Origin: an uncultured delta proteobacterium
GTDB lineage: Bacteria > Myxococcota > Myxococcia > Myxococcales > Anaeromyxobacteraceae
Assembly (NCBI GenBank): GCA_963736795.1
Contig: CAVTRF010000021.1
Location: 149,364-173,363, forward strand
DNA length: 24,000 nucleotides
Direction: 5' to 3'
Position numbers and translations under genes: made by a program. Below the pieces are notes generated by a model. That model was not told the origin of the DNA and did no database searches. It saw only the letters and a list, made by a program, of their open reading frames with translations. Positions 8,704-17,670 of the stretch are shown here, in pieces. Every line of letters begins with the position of its first letter. Within the stretch, counting starts at the first letter, position 1.

Positions 8704-9204
8704 TCAACTGAGCTTCCCCAGGAGGAAACGGGCGAGATCCTCGGCTTCCTTCCGCTTCTCCTCGAGCTCCTTCGGCATCGGGCCGCCGAGCGGGCGCGAG
8801 CGGGCGGCCGTGTCCTTCGCCGCCGGCACCGGCGGAGCGGGCGCCGGCTGGGCCGGTCGCTGCAACGCCGCCGGCTTGGCCGTCGCGGCCGCCTGCAGGG
8901 CCGCCGCCTCGGCGAGGAAGCCCGCCTGCACCTCGTAGGCGAGGTCTCCCAGGATGCAGGAGTCCTCGGCGGGGTCCGCCCCGAGCTCCTTCAGGTGGGC
9001 GACGGTCTTCACCTTGTGGAGGAGGCCGTTCGGATCCTTCTCCTCCCCGAGCACCTTCATGAAGCGGACCGCCGGCTCGAGGGCGTAGCTCCGCCCGCTG
9101 CCCTCCCCGGCGAGGAGGGTCATCACGTTTCCGACGAAGTCGATCTTCCCCTGCTCCGCCCAGGAGTCGAGCATCGCCTGGGATACGAAGAGCAGCCCGG
9201 ACAT
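8704..9204 (-). CDS. Hypothetical protein (globular N-domain, Ala/Pro linker, charged C-terminal helix)
   Basis: 166 aa of non-junk composition (MSGLLFVSQAMLDSWAEQGKIDFVGNVMTLL...). GGAGA lies 4 nt upstream of the ATG at 9204. No family was recognised. Confidence 0.6.
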   Translation of the reverse strand: MSGLLFVSQAMLDSWAEQGKIDFVGNVMTLLAGEGSGRSYALEPAVRFMKVLGEEKDPNGLLHKVKTVAHLKELGADPAEDSCILGDLAYEVQAGFLAEAAALQAAATAKPAALQRPAQPAPAPPVPAAKDTAARSRPLGGPMPKELEEKRKEAEDLARFLLGKLS

Positions 9205-9244
9205 TGCGTCTCCGGCCCACCTGATACCACGCCCGCCGAGCCCC

Positions 9245-9273
9245 TTGCCAGGGTGAGACCACGCGGATAAGAG
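9245..9273 (+). promoter_or_regulatory. Sigma70-like promoter candidate for trxA
   Basis: TTGCCA (9245-9250), a 17 nt spacer, then TAAGAG (9268-9273). AAGGAG RBS lies before the ATG at 9318. Pattern match only. Confidence 0.3.
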
Positions 9274-9317
9274 TTCCGACCATCGTCCTTTTCCCCTCCC
9301 CCGGCCAAGGAGCCGAC

Positions 9318-9650
9318 ATGGCGTCGAACGACGTGGTCAACCTTCAGGACGCGACCTTCGATCAGGAGGTCCTGAAGAGCGACGTCCCGGTCCTGGTGGA
9401 CTTCTGGGCGGTGTGGTGCGGCCCCTGCAAGGCGATCGCGCCGGCGGTCGACGAGCTCGCGAAGCAGTACAAGGGGAAGGTGAAGGTCGCGAAGATGAAC
9501 GTGGACGAGCACCAGCAGGTCCCGCAGCAGTACGGGATCCGGTCGATCCCGACCCTGCTCCTGTTCAAGGGCGGCCGCGTGGTCGACACGATCGTGGGGG
9601 CGGTCCCGAAGTCGAAGCTCGAGGAGAGCCTCAAGAAGGCGATCTCCTAG
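9318..9650 (+). CDS. trxA: Thioredoxin
   Basis: 110 aa with the canonical [14 protein letters not shown] active site, [15 protein letters not shown], and an AAGGAG RBS. Confidence 0.95.
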   Translation: MASNDVVNLQDATFDQEVLKSDVPVLVDFWAVWCGPCKAIAPAVDELAKQYKGKVKVAKMNVDEHQQVPQQYGIRSIPTLLLFKGGRVVDTIVGAVPKSKLEESLKKAIS

Positions 9651-9689
9651 CGACCGGCCGGCGAACCGCCGCGACGAGGTGGTCCCGCG

Positions 9690-9719
9690 CGCCCGCGCCC
9701 CTCACCGGGGCGGCGGGCG
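9690..9719. terminator. GC stem-loop between convergent trxA and rodA (bidirectional terminator candidate)
   Basis: CGCCCGCGCCCC-tcacc-GGGGC(G)GCGGGCG forms a 12 bp stem with one bulge, followed by TCTTC on the plus strand. Confidence 0.45.
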
Positions 9720-9722
9720 TCT

Positions 9723-10817
9723 TCAGTTCACGAACCGGCGCATCCCGATGTTCGCGAGCAGGCCGATGCCGACGAACACGGCGATCACCGACGACCCGCC
9801 GTAGCTCATGAGCGGCAAGGTCACGCCCACGACCGGCAGGATCCCGATCACCATCCCGACGTTGATCGCGACGTGCCAGAACAGCATCCCGGCCACGCCG
9901 ATCGCGAGGAAGCTCGCGAAGCGGTCGCGGGCGTCTCCGACGACGTCGAGCGCGCTCGCCACGAGCGCGAAGTAGAGCACGACGAGGAGGAGGCAGCCGA
10001 CGAACCCGTGCTCCTCGGCCCACACCGAGAAGATGAAGTCGGTGTGCTGCTCGGGGAGGAACGCCAGGTTGTTCTGCGTCCCCTGCCCCCAGCCCTTCCC
10101 GAGCCCCTGCCCCGAGCCGATGGCGATCATCGACTGGGTGGCGTGCCAGCCCGCCCCGCGGGCGTCGCCCTCCGGGTTGAGGAACGTCTCGATGCGCTTC
10201 TTCTGGTACGGCTTCAGGTGCGGATAGGCGAAGGTCGCCCCGCCGACCGCCACCACCGCGAGGATCGCGAGCGCCTTCCAGCGCACCCTCGCGAACAGGA
10301 TCTGGGTGAACCCGACCGAGCAGATGATGAGCGCGGTGCCGAGGTCCGGCTGGCGCAGGGTGAGCAGCGCGGGCAGGAGCGTGATCCCGAGCGGGATCGC
10401 GAGGCCGAGGAGGCCGTAGCCGTCCTTCCGCCTCTCGGCGTCCGCGTGGAACCACGAGGCGAGCGCGAGCGCGACCGCGATCTTCGCGAGCTCCGAGGGC
10501 TGCAGGTTCATGGGGCCGATGCCGATCCAGCGCCGCGCGCCCATGACGTAGCGGCCCTTCACGAGGACGAAGAGGAGCAGGAGGATGACCACCCCGTAGG
10601 CGACCCACGCGAGGCGGTGGAACGTGCGGGTGTCGAACAGCGTCAGCGCGAGCGCGACGACCACCCCGACGCCCATCCAGGCGGTCTGGCTGATCCAGAC
10701 GGGCGCGTGGGCGCTGCGCGACGCGGACGCGAGGTTCCAGATCCCGATCGCGCAGATCGCGAGGACGATCACCGCGAGGTGGAGCGGGAAGTGCGCGAAC
10801 GGACGGCGCTGCGACAT
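9723..10817 (-). CDS. rodA: Peptidoglycan glycosyltransferase RodA (SEDS family)
   Basis: A polytopic FtsW/RodA/SpoVE pattern is present: QPSELAKI, GLGKGWGQGTQ, LPEQHTDFIFSV, GILPVVGVTLPLMSYGGSS. The position is immediately downstream of PBP2. The start is taken as ATG 10817 (MSQRRPF); the extension to 10976 is junk. Confidence 0.9.
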   Translation of the reverse strand: MSQRRPFAHFPLHLAVIVLAICAIGIWNLASASRSAHAPVWISQTAWMGVGVVVALALTLFDTRTFHRLAWVAYGVVILLLLFVLVKGRYVMGARRWIGIGPMNLQPSELAKIAVALALASWFHADAERRKDGYGLLGLAIPLGITLLPALLTLRQPDLGTALIICSVGFTQILFARVRWKALAILAVVAVGGATFAYPHLKPYQKKRIETFLNPEGDARGAGWHATQSMIAIGSGQGLGKGWGQGTQNNLAFLPEQHTDFIFSVWAEEHGFVGCLLLVVLYFALVASALDVVGDARDRFASFLAIGVAGMLFWHVAINVGMVIGILPVVGVTLPLMSYGGSSVIAVFVGIGLLANIGMRRFVN

Positions 10818-10833
10818 CGCCGCGAGGGAGACC

Positions 10834-12930
10834 TCAGCCACGGGCCCCTCCCGCGTGTGCGCGCGCGGCCCCGAGCTTCGGCGGCTCCGCCGCCCCCGCG
10901 CCGCGGGTCGGGACCGGCGATCGCGTGGGGGGCGGTGGGTCCGCGGGGGGCGGCGGCTGCGGGGCCGGGCCGGCACGCTCCGCTGCGTCCTCGGCGCGGA
11001 GCTCGAGCCAGCGCCGCACCACCGCGCTCGCGGTCGGCGCGGCCTTGGACGAGCCGAACCCCGAGTGCTCGTTCAGGACCACGACGACGATCTCCGGATC
11101 CTCCGCCGGCGCGAACGCGGCGAACCAGGCGTGGTCGCGCTCGAAGTAGGAGACCTGCTCCGCCTTGAGCCGCCGCGCGCCCATCTTCACGACCTGGGCG
11201 GTGCCGGTCTTCCCGGCCATCACGACGTCCGGGAGGCGCGAGCCGTACGCGGTTCCGAAGGGCTCGTTCACCGCGGCGAGGAGCCCCTTCAGCACCGCCG
11301 CGCGCGTCGACTTCTGGACCACGGGCCGGCCGCGCTCCTGCGGCGAGAACTCCTGGACGACGCGCCCGTCGGGGTCCTCGACCCGCAGCACCACCTGCGG
11401 CTTCCACAGGATCCCGGTCGCGAGCGCGCCGTAGAAGACGAGCTGCTGCATGGGCGTGACGTTCACGTCGCCCTGGCCGATCGCGAGGTTCACCGGCATG
11501 CCCTTCTGGTACCCGCCGGCGAGGTGCCGGTCGTGCCACGCCACGTCGGGGATCACGCCCGGTACCTCGCTCGTCACCTCGAACCCGGTGGGCACGCCGA
11601 GGCCGAACGCGTTCGCCCACTTCGCGATCGCGTCGGCGCCGAGCCGCGCGCCCGCCTCGTAGAAGAACACGTCGCAGCTCGCGCCGAGCGCGTGCTCGAA
11701 GTCCACCGCGCCGTGGCCCGACTCCTTGTCGCAGCGCCACACGTGCGAGCCCATCCGGAAGTGGCCGGGGCAGAAGACCGTCTGGCCGGGCCGGTAGACG
11801 CCCTCCTCGAGCGCCGCGATCGAGGTGAGCGCCTTGAAGGTCGAGCCCGGGTGGTAGTGCTGCTGCACCGCGCGGAACAGCTCGGGCTGGAGCGGGTCGG
11901 AGTGGATCGCGGCGAGCTCCGCGCCGCTGATGCGGCCCGACATCTTGTTCGGATCGGGCGCGGGCCGGTCCACGAGCGCGAGGATGAACCCGGTCTTCGC
12001 GTCCATGGCGAGGACGCTGCCGGCGGTCGCCGGGAAGGTCTTCTCGGCGAACTCCTGGAGGCGCCAGTCGAGCGAGAGGACGAGGTTCTTCCCCGGGCTC
12101 GAGGGGACGACGCGCAGCGCCGCCGGGATGAACTCGTCGGCGTCGTCCTTCCGGCGACCCTTCGCGTCCACCGGGACGCGCTCCTTGCCGTCGATGCCGC
12201 GCAGGTCGCGCTCGAACTTCCGCTCGAGGCCGCGCCGGCCGACGTAGTCGCCGGGCACGTACGGCGCCTGCCGCGCGGCGGCGTGCGCCGGGTCCTCGCC
12301 CTGGCGCCGCTCGTCCTCGCGCTTCTTCAGATCCTCGTTGAGCCGCTTCAGCTCGTCCGGGCCCGCCTCGTTCATGTAGCCGATGAGGTGGCCGCCGAAC
12401 CCGGAGTACCGGTAGTTCCGGTGTGGGGTCGCGACGACGTCGACGCCGAGCAGGTCCATCTGGTTCGCGAGGTACAGGTCGAGCGCGTCGCGCCCCACGT
12501 CGATCTTCACGACGAACGGCTGGAAGCGGTCGAGGCTCTTCGCGTTGCTCGTCGCCCCCTTCACCTGGGCGCGGGCACGCTCGATCTCCTCCTGGGACAG
12601 CGACATCATCGTCGCGAGGCGCGAGAGCACCTCGTCGCACTGCTTGCCGCAGAAGTGCGGCGTGAGCGTCACGTCGTACGAGGGGCGCGAGTCCACGAGG
12701 ACGCGGTGGTGCCGGTCGAGGATGAGGCCGCGGTCGGCCGGCTGCCGCAGCTCCTTGACGTAGTTGTCGTCCGCCTTCTCCTTGTACTCGTCGCCCCGGA
12801 GGATCTGGAGCTGGTACAGGCGACCGACGAGCACGAGGAAGGACGTGACGAGGACGCAGGTCGCCCAGAAGAGGCGGGGCCTGAAGTCCTTCTGCGCCGC
12901 ACCGGGCGCGCTGGGAGGGATGAGGGACAT
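10834..12930 (-). CDS. mrdA: Penicillin-binding protein 2 (elongation transpeptidase)
   Basis: The N-terminal anchor plus RGDEYKEKADDNYV...RGLILDRHHRVL matches the PBP dimerisation domain. The SxxK motif is GSTFKALT and the KTG motif is AGKTGTAQV. The C-terminus is an Ala/Pro-rich tail. Confidence 0.95.
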   Translation of the reverse strand: MSLIPPSAPGAAQKDFRPRLFWATCVLVTSFLVLVGRLYQLQILRGDEYKEKADDNYVKELRQPADRGLILDRHHRVLVDSRPSYDVTLTPHFCGKQCDEVLSRLATMMSLSQEEIERARAQVKGATSNAKSLDRFQPFVVKIDVGRDALDLYLANQMDLLGVDVVATPHRNYRYSGFGGHLIGYMNEAGPDELKRLNEDLKKREDERRQGEDPAHAAARQAPYVPGDYVGRRGLERKFERDLRGIDGKERVPVDAKGRRKDDADEFIPAALRVVPSSPGKNLVLSLDWRLQEFAEKTFPATAGSVLAMDAKTGFILALVDRPAPDPNKMSGRISGAELAAIHSDPLQPELFRAVQQHYHPGSTFKALTSIAALEEGVYRPGQTVFCPGHFRMGSHVWRCDKESGHGAVDFEHALGASCDVFFYEAGARLGADAIAKWANAFGLGVPTGFEVTSEVPGVIPDVAWHDRHLAGGYQKGMPVNLAIGQGDVNVTPMQQLVFYGALATGILWKPQVVLRVEDPDGRVVQEFSPQERGRPVVQKSTRAAVLKGLLAAVNEPFGTAYGSRLPDVVMAGKTGTAQVVKMGARRLKAEQVSYFERDHAWFAAFAPAEDPEIVVVVLNEHSGFGSSKAAPTASAVVRRWLELRAEDAAERAGPAPQPPPPADPPPPTRSPVPTRGAGAAEPPKLGAARAHAGGARG

Positions 12931-12932
12931 CG

Positions 12933-13442
12933 CTAGCGGAGGAGCCCCGGCTCCTCCCGGTGGAACAGCGTGTCGATCCGGTTCAATCCGACCCCCACCA
13001 CCGGAGCGAGCGCGGCGGTGAGGACCGCCTCGAGGAGCATGCGCGGGAAGAGCACCGCGCCAGGGATGGCGTCCTCCGGCGTCGTGTTGCGCAGGAGGAC
13101 GGTCGCGCAGATCGAGAGGAAGAGCGCGCCGAACCCGGAGAGGAGGATGAACGCGCCGCGCTCGCGGGTGTCCACCGCGGCGGAGACGGCGCGCACGATG
13201 ACGAAGAGCAGGACGGCGAGGAACGTCATGAGCCCCTTCGGCGTCCCGGCCATGAGGTCCATCACGTACCCGACGCCGGCCGCCGCCACCGAGCCCTCCA
13301 CGTTCCCGCCGTGGAGCCCGAGGTGCACGACGCAGACCGCGAGCAGCGCGAGCGAGAACGCGCCGCCGCCGACCCAGCGGAGCAGCGCCGCCTGGAGCGC
13401 CGCGACGAGCAGCGCGAACGCGACATGGGCGAGGGGCTTCAA
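12933..13442 (-). CDS. mreD: Rod shape-determining protein MreD
   Basis: A small, very hydrophobic protein sits between mreC and mrdA. The start is taken as the TTG at 13442, overlapping the mreC stop (TTGA at 13439-13442). The ORF extension to 14153 overlaps mreC and is junk. The start codon is uncertain. Confidence 0.7.
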   Translation of the reverse strand: MKPLAHVAFALLVAALQAALLRWVGGGAFSLALLAVCVVHLGLHGGNVEGSVAAAGVGYVMDLMAGTPKGLMTFLAVLLFVIVRAVSAAVDTRERGAFILLSGFGALFLSICATVLLRNTTPEDAIPGAVLFPRMLLEAVLTAALAPVVGVGLNRIDTLFHREEPGLLR

Positions 13443-14314
13443 GGCAGCTTCCCGGGAGCGTACGCCGCGGGCAGGATCTCGGCCGGCCGCTCCCACGCGG
13501 TGAGCACGAGCACCTCCTCGAGCCGCGTCACGTCCACCGCCGGGGCGACGCGCGACTCCTGGAAGAGCCCGTGCTGCTTGCGGTCGAGCTGCGTCACCTT
13601 CCCGACCGGGAGCCCGCGCGGGAAGACGCCGTCGGTGCCGGAGGTGACGATCGCGTCGCCCTCGATGATGTCCTCGGTCCGGAGCGCGTAGTCGAGCCGG
13701 CACAGCTCGGGCTTCCCGAGCCCGCGCACGTTGGCGCGCGCGCGCGTCCGCTCCACGCGGGCGGCGATCGAGCTGTTGAGGTCGGTGAGCACGAGCACGT
13801 CCGCGGTGCGCCCCGCGACCGCGTGGACCCGACCGACGACGCCCTCCGCGACGAGGACCGGCATCATCGACGCGATCCCGTCGTCGCTGCCGCGATCGAC
13901 CGTGAGGAGCTGCCGTCCGACCGTGCCGAGCCGGATGCCGATGACGCGGGCGCCGACGTAGCGGCGCTCGCCCGAGGCCTCCGCGAACCCGAGCAGCCGC
14001 TCCAGCCGCTCCGCCTCGCCGCGCGCCGCGACGAGCTGCTGGCGCTCGAGCTCGAGCGTCCGCACCCTCTCCGAGAGCCCGGCCGCCCGCTCGTGCGCTC
14101 CGCGCAGCGCGACGTAGCCGTGCCACCCGCGGAGCACGCCCGTGACGCTCCACGCCACGACGCGCTCGACCGGCGTCGCGAGCCAGACCACCGCGCGGTC
14201 GAGCCGCGATCGCTCCGGCGCGCGCTTCGCGTGCGCGAAGAACACCCCGAGTGGTACGACGAGCAGAACCGCGACGAGGATCAGCTCGCGGTACCGCTTC
14301 AGCAATGCAAGCAC
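13439..14314 (-). CDS. mreC: Rod shape-determining protein MreC
   Basis: MLALLKRYRELILVAVLLVV is the anchor, followed by a coiled coil (RVRTLELERQQLVAARGEAERLE) and beta-barrel domains (VVGRVHAVAGRTADVLVLTDLNS, DAIVTSGTDGVFPRGLPVGKV). Confidence 0.9.
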   Translation of the reverse strand: MLALLKRYRELILVAVLLVVPLGVFFAHAKRAPERSRLDRAVVWLATPVERVVAWSVTGVLRGWHGYVALRGAHERAAGLSERVRTLELERQQLVAARGEAERLERLLGFAEASGERRYVGARVIGIRLGTVGRQLLTVDRGSDDGIASMMPVLVAEGVVGRVHAVAGRTADVLVLTDLNSSIAARVERTRARANVRGLGKPELCRLDYALRTEDIIEGDAIVTSGTDGVFPRGLPVGKVTQLDRKQHGLFQESRVAPAVDVTRLEEVLVLTAWERPAEILPAAYAPGKLP

Positions 14315-14340
14315 TGGAACTCCGTGAGGGGGAAAAACCC

Positions 14341-14375
14341 TTGCATTTTAGCGCTTGTTGAATAGGGTGTTCAAC
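14341..14375 (+). promoter_or_regulatory. Divergent mreC/ppiD control region: promoter-like hexamers overlapping a 6 bp inverted repeat
   Basis: This is a locally AT-richer patch. It reads TTGCAT (14341-14346), a 16 nt spacer, then TAGGGT (14363-14368). GTTGAA (14357-14362) and TTCAAC (14370-14375) form an inverted repeat around the -10 element. Pattern match only. Confidence 0.3.
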
Positions 14376-14431
14376 TTCTTGCGCCCGGGAACTCTCGGGT
14401 GCCGACCTTCAACAACTCGGGGCTCCGCTTC

Positions 14432-15965
14432 ATGCTCGATATCCTCCGGGCGAACACGAAGAGCACGTTCACGTGGCTCATCGTCATCGGGATCGTGGTC
14501 GTCTTCGCCATCAACTTCGGGCCGGGCTCTCTCTCGAAGGGGGGAGGCTGCGCCGGGTCCGCCGTCCCGTACGCCGCCAAGGTGAACGGGAAGACGATCC
14601 CCGCCTCCGAGTGGGACCGGCAGTACCGCCAGCTGTACCAGCTCTTCCGCCAGCAGGCGGGTGAGGCGTTCACGCGCGACCTCGCGGACCAGCTCGGGAT
14701 CCCCGCGCAGGCGATGGAGCAGATCGTCGATCGCGAGCTCGTCGTGCAGGAGGCGCGGCGCCGCGGGCTCGCGATCTCGCGCGACGAGCTGACCCGCGCG
14801 GTGCACGCGATGCCCTGGGCCCAGGAGGGCGGAGTCTTCAACTTCGCCGTGTACCAGGAGGGCACCCGCTCGATGTACGGCTCCGCGGGCAAGTTCGAGG
14901 CGGCGCTCAAGGACGACCTGCTCTACCAGAAGATGATGGCCGCGCTCCGCGAAACCGTGAAGATCTCCGAGACGGAGGTCCGCGAGGCCTGGGAGGGTGA
15001 CGCCGATCGGGCCGCGCTCCAGTTCGTGCGCGTGCCGCTCGCCGCGGCCGAGCCGCTCGTGAAGGTCTCCCCCGACGAGGTGAACGCCTTCGCGGCGAAG
15101 GAAGGCGCACGCATCGAGAAGTTCTACGGCGACAACGCCGCCCGCTTCGACCAGAAGAAGAAGGTCCGGGTGCGCCACGTCCTCGCCAAGATCGCGCCGG
15201 GTGGTGACGAAGCCTCCGCGAAGAAGCGGATCGAGGACGCGCAGGCGCGCGTGAAGAAGGGCGAGGACTTCGCGAAGGTCGCCCAGGCGCTCTCCGACGA
15301 CGAGAACACGAAGGGCCGCGGCGGCGATCTCGGCTTCGTCTCGGAGGGGCTCTTCGACGACGCCTTCGCCGCGGCGGCGCTCGCGCTCGAGCCGGGACAG
15401 GTCTCGGAACCCGTCCGGAGCCAGTCCGGCTGGCACCTCGTCCAGGCGACCGAGGTCGTCCCGGCGAAGAAGGTCTCGCTCGACGACGCCCGCGAAGACG
15501 ATCGCCCGCGAGCTGCTCGTGAAGGACCGGTCGCAGGCGCTCGCGCGTGAGCGCGCGCAGGCTGCGCTCGACGCCGCCAAGGCGGGGCGCCCGCTCGCGG
15601 CCGTGAAGCTCGGCACCCAGACCGCCGCGCCGGAGGAGACCGGCCCGTTCGGCCGCGCCAGCCCGTTCGTGCCGAAGGTCGGCGAGGCGCAGGGCCTCAT
15701 GCAGGACGCGTTCGCGGCGAAGGCGGGGCAGGTGCTCCCGCGCCTCTACGAGACCCCCGCCGGCCCGGTCGTCGCCGTGCTGAAGGTTCGCGAGACGCCC
15801 GACCCGAAGGCGTTCGAGGCGCAGCGCGAGGCGCTCGAGACGCGGCTCCGGAACCGCAAGGAGTCGCAGGTGCAGGGCGCGTGGCTTCGCGCGCTGCGCG
15901 ACGGGTCGACCATCGAGACGAACCCCGAGCTCCTCGCCGCGGCCACGCGCGCGCGCGGGGAGTGA
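14432..15965 (+). pseudogene. PpiD-like periplasmic chaperone / parvulin-type peptidyl-prolyl isomerase, with one +1 frame break
   Basis: MLDILRANTKSTFTWLIVIGIVVVF is the anchor, followed by a SurA-N-like region and a parvulin domain (VRVRHVL...GGDLGFVSEG...SQSGWHLV) in frame 2, up to VSLDDAR at about 15493. The C-terminal chaperone domain (KTIARELLVKDRSQALA ... [10 protein letters not shown]) continues in frame 3 to 15965. Frame 2 stops at 15550. A start at 14399 is also possible. Confidence 0.8.
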
Positions 15966-15984
15966 TCGTCCGGGCGGGTCGCCG

Positions 15985-17193
15985 GTGACTCCGCGCCTCG
16001 TCCTCGCCTCCCAGAGCCCGCGGCGCCGCGAGCTGCTCGCCCAGCTCGGGGTGGCGCTCGAGGTCCGTCCGGCCGACGCGGACGAGTCGGTCCTCCCGGA
16101 CGAGCCGCCGCGCGACTACGTCCTGCGGGTCGCCCGCGAGAAGGCGCGCGCCGTCCCGGGCGAGGTCGTCCTCGCCGCCGACACCGCCGTCGTGCTCGGG
16201 GCCGAGGTGCTCGGAAAGCCCCGGGACGCGGAGGACGCCCGCCGCATGCTGCGGGCGCTCTCCGGCACCGCGCACGAGGTCCTCACCGCGGTGTGCGTCC
16301 GGCGCGCGCAGGCCGGCGGCGCGCTCGAGCTCGACGTGGTGGTGGCGACGCGGGTGCGGTTCGCCCGGCTCGGCCCCCGAGAGATCGACTGGTACGTCGC
16401 GACGGGCGAGCCGCTCGACAAGGCGGGCGCGTACGCGATCCAGGGCGCGGGCGGCGCGTTCGTGCTCGGGGTCGAGGGGAGCGTCTCGAACGTCGTCGGG
16501 CTTCCGCTCGCGGAGACCGCCGAGCTCCTCTCGCCGCGCCGGGTTCCCCCTCCCCTGGAGCGGCCGGTGACCGTGGCGGCGAGGCTCGCGGCGCTGCGCG
16601 CCGGGATCCCGGCGGGGGTGACCCTCGTCGCGGTCTCGAAGACGCACGGCCCGGAGGCGATCCGCGAGGCGTACGCCGCGGGCCAGCGCGACTTCGGCGA
16701 GAACTACGCCCAGGAGTGGCGCGACAAGGCCGACGCGCTCGCCGATCTCGGGGAGCTGCGCTGGCACTTCATCGGCGGGCTCCAGACGAACAAGGTGAAG
16801 TATCTCGCGGGGCGCGTCGCCGCGATCCACGCGGTGGACCGGATCGAGCTCGCCCGCGAGATCTCGAAGCGCTTCGCCGCGAAGGGCGCGACCGCGCGGG
16901 TCTTCCTCGAGGTGAACACCGGGGGCGAGGCGACGAAGTCCGGCTGCGCGCCTGGCGACGCGCCGGGGCTCGCCGCGGCCACGCGGGCCCTGCCGTCGCT
17001 CGAGCTCGCGGGGCTCATGTGCATCCCGCCCCCCGGCGAGGACCCGCGCGCTCACTTCCGGCTGCTCCGGGCGCTGCGCGACCAGCTCGGGCTCGCCGAG
17101 CTCTCGATGGGGATGAGCGCCGACTGGCGGATCGCGGTCGAGGAGGGCTCGACCTGCGTCCGCGTCGGCACCGCCATCTTCGGCGAGCGGTGA
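15985..17193 (+). CDS. Maf-like nucleoside triphosphate pyrophosphatase fused in frame to a YggS/PLPBP-family PLP-binding protein
   Basis: The start is a GTG at 15985. The Maf half carries [37 protein letters not shown] and SNVVGLPL. The YggS half, from about 16567, carries [10 protein letters not shown] (PLP lysine), [40 protein letters not shown] and VRVGTAIFG. There is no stop between the halves in this sequence; see findings for the alternative two-gene reading. Confidence 0.85.
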   Translation: MTPRLVLASQSPRRRELLAQLGVALEVRPADADESVLPDEPPRDYVLRVAREKARAVPGEVVLAADTAVVLGAEVLGKPRDAEDARRMLRALSGTAHEVLTAVCVRRAQAGGALELDVVVATRVRFARLGPREIDWYVATGEPLDKAGAYAIQGAGGAFVLGVEGSVSNVVGLPLAETAELLSPRRVPPPLERPVTVAARLAALRAGIPAGVTLVAVSKTHGPEAIREAYAAGQRDFGENYAQEWRDKADALADLGELRWHFIGGLQTNKVKYLAGRVAAIHAVDRIELAREISKRFAAKGATARVFLEVNTGGEATKSGCAPGDAPGLAAATRALPSLELAGLMCIPPPGEDPRAHFRLLRALRDQLGLAELSMGMSADWRIAVEEGSTCVRVGTAIFGER

Positions 17194-17212
17194 CGGGCGC
17201 AGCGGCCGACGT

Positions 17213-17428
17213 TCAGACCGCCTTCAGCTTGAGCCGACCCGAGTCGTTCACGTCGGCCCGGAACTCCTGGCCGCAGTAGTAGCAGCGCACCTCGTCGCCG
17301 TCGCCGAACGCGTCGTCGTACGGGTTGTTCGCGTTGCAGTCCGGACAGTCGAAGTCCTGGAACTTGCGCGAGCGGCCGAGGTCCTCTCCCTGGCCCTTGT
17401 CGTCCTCGTCGTACTGGTCGGTCGGCAT
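17213..17428 (-). CDS. Small acidic zinc-ribbon protein (CxxC...CxxC)
   Basis: 71 aa with CPDCN and CYYCG pairs separated by 22 residues. The flanks are strongly acidic (DQYDEDDKGQGED, DDAFGDGDE). GC3-rich codons are consistent with coding. Confidence 0.65.
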   Translation of the reverse strand: MPTDQYDEDDKGQGEDLGRSRKFQDFDCPDCNANNPYDDAFGDGDEVRCYYCGQEFRADVNDSGRLKLKAV

Positions 17429-17670
17429 CCGATCCCTCCGCGCCCGGGCGGGCGCACCCCGGAGCGTACGCCAGGTCCCTCCCGGAATGGAGCGGCCCCG
17501 CCGTGCATTCCGACAAGACCGTGGACCGGCGTGACGCGGGTGTGGTGCACCTGCGTCGGGGGCGTTGCCGGGACCCCTCGAAGTCCTCAGACATGACCGG
17601 GGGCCGCGCTGGCCCCGTCGTTGCTCCCTGCTGCCCGACGACCCGCACTCTCACCCACGCCCAGGACCCC

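Noticed and set aside
10624-12936. 770 aa plus-strand ORF
   Set aside because: It is antisense to rodA and mrdA, both of which carry unambiguous family motifs. The composition (Arg/Glu/Leu/His runs) is not protein-like.
14348-17055. Two long minus-strand ORFs (14348-15700 and 15697-17055)
   Set aside because: They are antisense shadows of the PpiD-like and Maf-YggS genes, with no motifs and Arg/Glu/Leu-biased junk.
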